From assembly GCF_009834535.1 (NCBI RefSeq), contig NC_045696.1, forward strand, positions 79,920,001-79,984,000: 64,000 nt of DNA, in the 5' to 3' direction. Origin of the DNA: Camelus ferus. Taxonomy: Eukaryota. This document shows, in pieces, positions 54,426-64,000 of this stretch. The translations under genes were made by a program, and so were the position numbers. The notes below the pieces were generated by a model, which saw only the letters and a program-made list of their open reading frames with translations, did no database searches and was not told the DNA's origin. The number at the start of each line of letters is the position of its first letter. Position 1 is the stretch's first letter.

Positions 54426-54898
54426 TGCAGGGGTTCAGAATATGTTGTCCTAAAATATGCTTCACTGGCATATTTATTATTTGAATTAAAGGTACTTGAG
54501 AAACAGCCAGTGCAAAAAGAACATTCTGAACTTCCTTTGTCCCCCAGAAAGCAGGAAATAAATCTCCCGTATGAAAGGGACCCTCCCTGTACCAGGAGGT
54601 AAAAGACATCCTTATCACCAGACACAGGGAAACCAGAAATCAGGGCCGACAAGGCTGTATTAAACAAACCGTGTTACTTCTTCACTGTTTACCAACGCCA
54701 GCCCAAACCCCTCTGCCTTGTCAATTCTAAACAAATGTATTGTTTCTTTGTATTTCCTGCTTTGGTCGCTTCTTTGAGTCTCACATCCTTGCAGGGCTCC
54801 TGCACATGCGTACATAAATTAAATTTGTTTTTCTCCTGATCTGAGCCTTGGTCTTGACCCGAGAAGGGTAGATGGAAAATTATTATTCCTCCCCTACA
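54426..54898 (+). mobile_element. MER34/MER39-like ERV1 solo LTR
   Basis: Inverted termini tgcagggg...cccctaca, cctaaaatatgcttcactggcata motif, ATTAAA near the 3' end, TSD tatg/gatg. Confidence 0.75.
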
Positions 54899-55689
54899 GA
54901 TGTTTTTCTCAACTTTTCAGTTTCAAACTTTTCAAACCTCTGGAAAAGTGGCAAGAACAGTACAATACAACATATATACCCTTCCCATAGATTTCCCCAA
55001 TTATTAACATTTTGCCTCATTTGCTTTCTCTCTGTTCCTTGTCTTTCTCTCATCAAGTAAAATACATTCCATAGAAAAACTAAACTGTTTCTTTTAATAG
55101 AATCACTTTATCATGAATACACTATGCTAATCCCCCATATGCGAAGTCTACATTTGTTCTTCGCATCAAATTAGCCAAGTGAGCACAGCTACTTACAAAC
55201 TGCTGGGGGAAGAGGCTAATGTTCAGCACACACCACCCTGTCCCTGTCCTCTTCCTCACTGCCAACCTTTCTGTAGCGTTGCTTTGATGGTGACAACAGA
55301 CTTCAGCAGGGACAGGATTCTTCAAGAAGGAAAAGTAAGTAACAGAGGCTGTTTGTTACTTGCTGGCCAGGTACAGCCTCAGAACTGGTATATTATACTT
55401 TTTTGTATCTTCAAGCATGGCAAATCTTTATTCTTTAAGAACAGATGTTGCAATTTTTGAAAACAGTCAAATGTTACTCAGAACCCAAATTAGTCAGTAG
55501 AGTAGATGGTCAACTGAATAATGTTACTCTGTGTCCAAGACCAGGTACATCTCTGAAGTAATGGCACCCACAAAGGTAACTGCATTGGAATAAGAACAGC
55601 TTTCCAAGATGACTCCTCTCAACAGAACCGCGTGTAACTTGATCGCCACATGCTAGTATGTTTGTTTCTATAAGCTTCTGATGGAACAG

Positions 55690-56180
55690 AAAATTAGATA
55701 AATGAAACCACCTATCTAGAAAGCAACTTGTATATCATGAGCCCTAAAGATGTCTATACCCTTTGCCCCAGTAATTCTACTTTTAGGAAACTATACTAAA
55801 GGAATAATCAAATATGTGTTACAAGATAAAAGTTCAAAAGTATTTATCACAGGGTTATTTTAAATATAAAAACAAAATGAACTCAGAGTTTTCCAACATA
55901 GGTAATAGACTAAGTGATTTATGCTAGTTTATCCATTGCTTAACCTAATAACAGATAAAAATTTTATAATGTTAAAAGAAAAAAGTAAGATGTAAAACTA
56001 AATAAGCACAATTATAACTAGGTTATAAAATATATATGCATATAAAGACTGGAAGGAAATACAATAAGATATGAACAATAGTTATCTTTAGTGGAGACAG
56101 TTACAGGTGATTTTATTATTGTTTCCTTTATATTATACAATAAGTATACGTTCTTTGATAATAAGAAAAAAATCCTTAAA
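55690..56180 (+). mobile_element. Old L1 (L1ME-like) 3' fragment
   Basis: ataccctttgccccagtaattctacttttaggaa, aagactggaaggaaatac. Confidence 0.6.
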
Positions 56181-57755
56181 AATGCTATTATTTAATATCA
56201 CTCTGCAGAGAAAGACCAATTCACATCCGCTTTTTCCTGCCTGTTTACAAGAAAAAATTATATATTCTGAAACTTGCATCACAGGTAATTGCTGTTGCAT
56301 AGACAGAGGCCAGTGGAAATATTTTATTTGCAGAATTCTTTGTGGCATAAAATTTTTTATGACTACCTCCACCAAACACTCCTGGGACACACAGTCCAGA
56401 AGATCACTGAATTAACTATATTACCCAGAGCACCAATTATAGTGTTTTACCTGCCTTTAAAAATAAACTGATACCATACGTGAGTTGTCCCTACCGCCTT
56501 TGCTTGTGTTCCTCATAACTTTCTCCTCTGATTGTTTGGTTTTGTTCTTTTCCTGTACTCACAGGATATCATCTTATAAAATATGAGATGATCACAGACC
56601 AAAGTCCTTTAAATCAAAATGTATTGAAAGTTGAGAGACCACTGGCAGAGCAAAGCTTTGATTTACAGTGGCTTGATTCATTGAGACAGGGCAATGGAGT
56701 CCAAGTTCAATCAGATAGTTCACAAGTTGCCTGATGCACTCAGCAGTTTTCCGGGCTCCTGGGACATGGATACAAAGGACTATTGTGCAGCCTTGACAAG
56801 CGGTAGATTGCCAAGATGTAATGGAATGTATGACACCTGGGGCAGGCACCTATTTTTGGCAAGTCATCAGAGGGAAAATCAAAAAACAAACCCAAAGAGC
56901 ACCCCAAAAGGTAAGCACATTCTGCTTGTGCCTCAGTGAAAAGAAGCCATAAACACTCAGACTGAATGAAATAATTAGAGATTAAAATTACTCTCCATGT
57001 ACATTCTTTAATAAATGGTATGAGAACTTGAAAATTAAATATTGGATATGCTCTTCTGTTGTGATCGTCTATTGATCGAAAGCAATGTGCAGAATTAATA
57101 CGCATTAATAGTCAAAGCTTTAACTTTCTTTTTCATTAAGTGTTTGGGGAAGTAGAAAGGCAAATATTCACTGACAAATGGGAAGACAGAATCCCTGATA
57201 CTGATAACAAGCCAGCCTTTCTCTAAGCCTTGTTCAACTGGTTTTCTGCTATGACTAGCTGTGTCAGGCTCCACTTCCTTAAAACCAGCAGGAGAAACTG
57301 GTGCAGTACAACTGTTATATGTAAAGCCCTATGAAGAGTAGCTCTCATGGGAACTGCTCAGTTCAAGTTAGCTGGTGATGGTGGTAATCATGATATGAAA
57401 AGCAAAATGGGCTTTGACTTTGAACACCTGGGTGTAAGTCCTAGCTATGCTGTAACAAGGAATAATAATTTTTTCCCTACCTAATGAGGTTCAGTAAGGA
57501 GCAAATAAGATAATGAAATACGGAATGATTGTTCAACACTGAAGCAATAATACCTCACCTTTACTGACAACTCAGATAAGTTAGTTATTGTCCTCCCTGG
57601 TCCTCACTACAATGCTGAGACAGGAAATATTATTATCTCCTTTTACAGATGAGTAACCTGAGGCCCAAGAGGTGAAGTATTTTCTTAGAGCTAGAAAGTA
57701 ACAAAACTCAAGTTCAAACCCAGGTAGCTTCACTTCAGAGCTGGGACTTGACATA

Positions 57756-58252
57756 CAGGCCACCTCGTTTGATTGTACTTCGCTTACTGTACTTTGCAGA
57801 TACTGCATTTTTTACAAATTGAAGGTTTGTGACCATCTTATGTAGAGCAAATCTATCAGCGCCATTTTCCCAACAGCATCTGGTGTCACTTGGTGTCTCT
57901 GTGTCACATTTTGGTAATTCCTGAAATATTTCAAACTTTTTCATTATTGTGATTTTTTTTACGATGGCCTCTGGTGAGTGGTCTTTGATATTACTATTGC
58001 AAAAAGAGTAACACTCGCTGAAGGCTCAGATGACAGTTTGCATTTTGCAGCAATAAAGTATTTTTTAATTAATGTATGTACTTTTTTAGAGATAATGCTA
58101 CACTATTGCACACTTAACAGAGTACAGTACAGTGTAAGCATAACTTTTATAAGCACTGGGAAACCAATACTTTGTGTGAGTCACGTTATTGCAATATTCA
58201 CTTTATTGTGATGGTCTGGAATTAAACTCACAATATCTCTGAAGTGTGTTTG
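57756..58252 (+). mobile_element. Internally deleted Tigger1 derivative
   Basis: TA|caggccacctcgtttgattg 5' end fused at ~58000 to the Tigger1 3' end (ctcgctgaaggctcagatga...caatatctctgaagtgtgtttg). Confidence 0.8.
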
Positions 58253-58399
58253 CACTGCCTCTCTGTGTTTTCTTCTTATACTTCTATTTTTAAGACCTGG
58301 TGGGTCCCAGGTAACATTAGCATTATACATACCTGAGATTGCCCAAAAATGACCCCAGAAGCTCCTCCTCTGTATCCAATACAGTCAGTAGCTGCTGGT

Positions 58400-58733
58400 C
58401 ACGGAGGACTATCAACCCCTGATATGTGCCCAGTGCAACTAAATAACTAATTTTAGTTTAAAATTTAAAATTTTTGACTTCACTTTTAAAAGTTCAATTT
58501 AAAAATGGACACAATTCAGTTATTGGAAAACTTGGAAACATATTTGCAACAATTTGGGATGAAAATCTACTTTTTAACTGTAAATTTTATGAAATCTAAA
58601 TACTGATCTAGTATTTCCAAATAAAATTTAGCATCCAAATTGAAAGATTCTATAAGTGTAAAATACACACCTGATTTCAAAGACTCAGTATTAAAAAAGA
58701 GCATAAAATGTCTCAATAACAAATTTTATATTA
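58400..58733. mobile_element. MER33/Charlie-like hAT fragment
   Basis: actgtaaattttatgaaatctaaatac, aagtgtaaaatacacacctgatttcaaagact. Confidence 0.6.
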
Positions 58734-58860
58734 GGGGAGAGGGTGTAGGTCAGTGGTAGAGTGTGTGCTTAGCAAGCACGAGGTCCTGGGTTCAATCTGC
58801 AATACCTCCATTAAAAAATAAATAAACCTAATGACCTCCCCATCAAAAAAATAAATAAAA
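58734..58860 (+). mobile_element. tRNA-derived SINE, Vic-1-like (second copy)
   Basis: Homologous to 34701-34823; A and B boxes, same tail motif. Confidence 0.85.
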
Positions 58861-61479
58861 ATGTGAAGTTGTTTTTAAAAAATGCTCAGAAAAAGAAAAT
58901 TTTAAAAATAAATAAACAAACAAACAAACATCTACTGAGAGCATCTGTCTATATGCCACAATGTAGAGTAGACATTAGGACAGTCGTGTGAAATAATATT
59001 AAAAGCACTGGCTTTCTCATGAGATCTGGGTCTCAGTCTCCTGATTTGTGAAACAATGATAATAGTCCTCATATAGTTATTCAGAGCCTTAAATTGATCA
59101 TGTATTTTAATTGCTCAGACAGTGTGTGACACATAATGACTCTTTAAATCTGTGTCCTCCCTCATTGAGAAGAGTGAAAAACAGTCCCTGCCCTGAAAGA
59201 GTCAATCTATATAGCCAGAGGGGCAGCAGACCAGCACAGGACTCAGCCTAAGGCATCTGTGGCAATGCTGTAGCCCAGGTGTAAGTAATGGTGCATCTGC
59301 GCAGTGGCAGGAGAGGAGGAGGGGCCGCTGCTGCACATGCGTGTGAATGTAGGACAACAAGAAAGTGGGTGGTCAGAGGCCAGAGAGGGCAGGGATCTGA
59401 TATAGAAGATGTAAGAAACTGAACTGATATGAAGTGGTCCCAGAACAAAAAGTAGGCATTGCTTCCTCGAAGATAAAATTGCTTTCAGCTTGTTTCCTTG
59501 TCATTTGCCTTTCTCACAAATGTTTAGCACAGAAAAACCAATTATTTGAGGTATTTAATGAGCTGTGTTCCACATAAACACAATTTTAAACTAAATGTGT
59601 TTGTGTTTTACCAGAATTCCAGATTTTTGTAAAATAGAAACATGACTTCCCCTTCTACTTTCCAATTAGGCATCTTTTTTTTTTTTTCCTATTCTAGCTC
59701 AAAATCGCAAATTTGTCCACCCCACTCCCTTGGTTCCATACCTCTTCCACATTAGACCCAGAGCCACCTTTCAGAATCCCACAAGTATTGGTCACCGCTC
59801 CTCTTCTCACACCATCCATAGCTCCCCATTTCTACAATAGGCCAGGCCACTTAGAATACATGGAGACTTCAAGATCCAGTCCTGCCTAATTTCCTGCCCC
59901 ATCTCTTGAGCAGTCCTACCCTGGGCCACCCCATATTCCAGAGATGATGGGTACCACACCACGATCATCTCCTGCCTTCGTTACCTTGCTCTCACTCTTC
60001 CCATGCCCTTTCCCTTCTTCGCTACTTGGCTTTCACAGCCTCAGTTCAAAATGTCACTTATTTTTCTAAATCTTCATCGATTCACTTCTGTCTCCAATCC
60101 CAGGCAGACTATCACACTTTTCTCTCTCATTCACACCACACTTTTTTCACACCACTAGCATAACTCTAGTCATATTGTATAAAAATGAATTGTATACATA
60201 TTATTTTTCCCAATTACATTGTGGACTTTTAAAGGAAAGGGAGATCATTTTTATCCCTAATTTAATGATGCGGTTGGGTAAGAGATCACCTTATAAAATC
60301 AGGGCAGCCAGTCAAAAGCCCTTTAAAGTGTCTAGGATAGGTGAATTTTCCAAAAATATTTATATAAAGAAGAAAAATAGGGATTATAAAAGAGAAGTAA
60401 AGAGAAGAGGGATATTTAGCAACTGAGTTTAGAATTCAGCACAACTGGTTTTCAGCCTCTTTCCTAGAGATGAAGTTGCTGTGCTGTGACCAAGGACAAC
60501 CCACATTGTTTTTCTGAATGTCACTCACCTAATCTTCAAAATGGAAATAGAAATAATAATAATAGATCTTACTTCCCTCGTACTACTCTGGGAGCAAATG
60601 AATTGAAAGAGTGGCTGTAAAATTCCAATTTTGAATTGAGTCCAAGGTCATTCAGTTTTTAAAAATGTATTTTTCAGAAAAGGAAAACTGGAAATTTGTT
60701 CTAAAATTTTCACTGAAAAAATATTCTCTTTTGTTGAATAATGATAGGAGATAAAACATGCCACAGTTCTAACTCATCCCCCTTTATTAATGAATTAAGC
60801 CACATCAAAATGCAATAAAAAGGGTGTAAGAGGCTCCTAAGAATCATTCACATTTTTATCAGTCATTTTCTCTCCATAGAATGTGCATTTCTATTAAAAT
60901 GATATTACATAAAAATGGAATTTTAATGTGTGAAGATTCTTTAAAATCATGAGACCCCCTGGTAAAAGAGAGGTTTAAAACTATTTTTCCCTCCACAGAA
61001 ATTAGAAATAAAAGAAATCAGAAATGAATGAAGTTAGAAAATGCAAAACCACAATAGCCACAAGACAAAATGTGCTCTCCAAATATGGAAGTGTCAGGAA
61101 AGCGAACTCAGAGACGCCCACAGTTGGGCAGTGCATGGCCAGCAGTGACCACGGGAAATGAGAAGTTCTGCAGTAACAGAAAGACCACTTGGGGTTGCAT
61201 GAAGGCCCAATTGTAAGGGAAGAAGCAATGTGTGACCAGAAAACAAGGATTGTGATATCACACCATGGTCAAAAACTTGAATTACTTGCCAGCAAGGTAT
61301 ATGCCATGAGAAAGTGCCACAGTAGACAAAAATTATAATAAAGTTGAAAGAATGATCACTCCAGTGGAAATGGGCTAATCAAAGAATAGGAAAAGGATGC
61401 TTTTGATAAATCTGTAATTACAGGCAAGCCTTAATCTCTTTTTCAAAACATGACTATAGTGATGAATAGAAAGCATTTC

Positions 61480-62097
61480 CCCAACAATCCCACTCCTGGG
61501 CATATATCCAGAGAAAACTCCAGTCTGAAAAGACACCTGCACCCACTGTTCATTGCAGCACTATTTACAATATTTAAGACATGGAAGCAACCTAAATGTC
61601 CATCAACAGATGATTGTACAAAGAAGCTGTGGTATATTTATACAATGGAATACTACTCAGCCATAAAAACAAATGAAATATTGCTATTTGCAGCAACATG
61701 GATGGACCTAGAGATTATCATACTAAATGAAGTTAAGTCAGACAAAGACAAATATCATATGATATCCACACATGTGGAATCTAAAAAAAGACACAAATGA
61801 ACTTACTTACAAAACAGAAAGGCAGACATATAAAACCAACTTACAGTTACCAAAGGGGAAATCTGGGTGGAGGGGGGATAAATTAGGACTTTGGGATTAG
61901 CAGATACACGATACTATATATAAAACAGATAAACAACAAGGTTCTACTGTATAGCACAGGGAGCTATATTCAATATCTTGTAATAACCTATAATGAAAAA
62001 GAATATGAAAAAGATTACGTATATATGTATAACTGGATCACTATGCTATACACCAGAAATCAACACATTGTAAAATCAACTATACTTCAATTAAAAA
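61480..62097 (+). mobile_element. 5'-truncated L1 (ORF2 C-terminus plus 3'UTR)
   Basis: [46 protein letters not shown] agaaagcatttc (61468) / agaaagcatatc (62102). Confidence 0.92.
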
Positions 62098-62575
62098 GAA
62101 AAGAAAGCATATCAAACTGAGAAGCATTGAGATAATAAGCATAAAACTTCATATATATTGTATCTGTAAATATTTGGGGGATGTGAATATTTATCTTGAT
62201 CATCCCTGAAGAACTCCAGTTTGAAAAAGATAATGAAAAACGTATGTGAGAACAAAAGCTCCAACAAACAAGACTCTTCCAGGGTATAAGCTAAGCACCT
62301 TGGAGAGTGCACCACCTACGTTGTTCCCTAGGACATAGCTAAGGAAATAATTTTTCTTACACCCAAGGTCACCCAAGTTCACTAGAAGAATTGAATCTCG
62401 CAAGGTACTTAAGTCACTGTTAAGAGTCTTTTATAAACAGGAAAAATTTAGCTCAAAGCATTCAGTGTACTTAAGAAATCTACAAGGTCACAGATCCCTA
62501 TGACTATTACCTCCCGTTTGGCTTTTTCATCTCACCGTCAATATCAATTCTAACAACATTTTACATTTGCAATAT

Positions 62576-63475
62576 TGTGATTCATAAGAAATATATAGTT
62601 GGTCTTCATCCACAGTTCCTGGCTTAAAGCTTCCAAAATCCTTGGAATTTCCTAAATGTGGAGAGTGATAAAGGTGTCTTTTTTTATATTAATGAGGTGA
62701 CGTATGGAAAGCACCAAAGGATGGGGCTGGTTGCCAAAGTAGCAAACAATGTGATTCAAGGGTTGGAACTTTCAATTCCACCCCTTGACTTTCAGGGACG
62801 GGGAAGGGACTGGAGGTTGAATCAATCACCAATGGCCAATGATTTAATCAATCATGTCTGTGTAATGGTGCATCCTTAAAAAACCAAAAAGGATGGGGTT
62901 CACAGAGCTTTGGGGTCGATGAACACATAGGGATTTGGGAGAGTGGTGAGCCTGCAGAGGGCATGGAAGCACCTCACCCTTTCCCCATGCCCTGCCCTAG
63001 TGTCTCTTCCATCAGGTTCTTCCTGAGTTATATCCTTTTATAACAAAATGATAACCTAGTAAATTCTGTGAGTCACTCCAGAAAATTAATCAATCCCAAG
63101 GAGGGGATCTCGGGAAACTCTGATTTATAGCCAGTTGGTCAGCTGGTAACAACCTGGATTTGTGACTAGTGTCTGAATTAAGTTGTCAAGGAGGGGATCA
63201 TTGGAACTTCTAATTTTTAGATAATCAACAGCTGGCTGATCAGAAGTGCAGGTAACAACCTGGGTTGCAACTGGCATCTGAAGATGTAGGGGGTAGTCTT
63301 ATAGTACTGAACGCTTCACCTGTGGAATCTGATTCCATCTCCAAGCAGACAATGTCAGAATTTAGTTAACTGTAGGACACCCAGCTGGTGTCGAAAACAT
63401 TGTTTGTTGGTGTGGGGAACTCCTGCCCCAACACACACACACACACACATGTTGGAATTGGTCTCAGAACACCAT
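62576..63475 (+). mobile_element. MER21-family (ERVL) solo LTR
   Basis: Starts tgtgattcataagaaatatat; contains ccttggaatttcct, aggacacccagctggtgtc and a (CA)n tract near the 3' end. Confidence 0.75.
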
Positions 63476-64000
63476 TTTAACAAATATTAAATTTTCAAGT
63501 AAAAGCTGGTCTTAGTTCCCAAAGCACCTTCATACACATCAGCTCCTTTGATCTTCAACACAACCCCAACTATACGTAGTGCAGTTATTTTCCAGATGAG
63601 AAAACAGTCTCGGAGAAGGAAGGTCAAAAGCACATTGAAGATAAAAATCCAAGTCTTCTGGATCCAAACCTACTTCATCTCCCACTTGCATTTCAAACTG
63701 CATAACAATCCTGAGAATTGTTCAATTCTCTGAGAAAGAGCAAAACTCTTGGCAAGTGCTCCTAAATTTCTTTAGAGCCCCTTGGAGGATTCAGTGCTGC
63801 ATTTTAATCCCTGGGAGGGGAAGAGACGGGTGGGCTGAACTTCTCCTGCGTGAGGCATTAGCAACAGGCTCAGGCTGCAGATGGGTAGAGGGAGGGGAGA
63901 CCAGGGTGCAACGCTCCAAGCAGGGATTAAACATCTAAATCAGAAAGAGAACAGCTGTAGCCCCTTTACGTTAGAGTTTTAAAATTCTGAGCATGCAAAG

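Noticed and set aside
54320..54667. 115-aa ORF fusing LTR and UBE2N-like VPGIK
   Set aside because: Antisense LTR sequence read into the pseudogene; terminates before the E2 core
61450..61800. 116-aa ORF
   Set aside because: C-terminal remnant of L1 ORF2 in a truncated copy
1..64000. CRISPR arrays, operons, rRNA genes or a novel multi-gene system
   Set aside because: No repeat-spacer arrays, long ORFs or structured RNA genes seen; content fits ordinary mammalian intronic and intergenic DNA

Overview
AT-rich, repeat-dense mammalian genomic DNA, probably camelid, judged from two tRNA-derived SINEs resembling Vic-1 (34701, 58734). The main functional content is the 3' part of one + strand spliced protein-coding gene. 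Five well-supported, phase-compatible GT-AG coding exons (14269-14415, 15471-15583, ~21758-21922, 24463-24546, 51312-51434) end in a stop and an AATAAA at 51607, and two weaker upstream exon candidates lie at 1177-1268 and ~8487-8556. I cannot name the gene. Downstream on the - strand is a decayed processed pseudogene of UBE2N/Ubc13 (~53880-54410). The rest is interspersed repeats: a 7.5-kb nested L1 composite, short L1 3' ends, MaLR/ERVL/ERV1 LTRs, Tigger and hAT MITEs, MIR and L2. Repeat family names come from remembered consensus sequences, not a search. I see no evidence of a new multi-gene system. The notable oddities are splice-level (reciprocal tandem donor/acceptor pairs, a stop-containing exon-like cassette) and retrotransposition-level (an orphan mRNA 3' end inside an LTR, two insertions sharing one target site, 3'-truncated nested L1 pieces). 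Almost all ORF-track entries are spurious.
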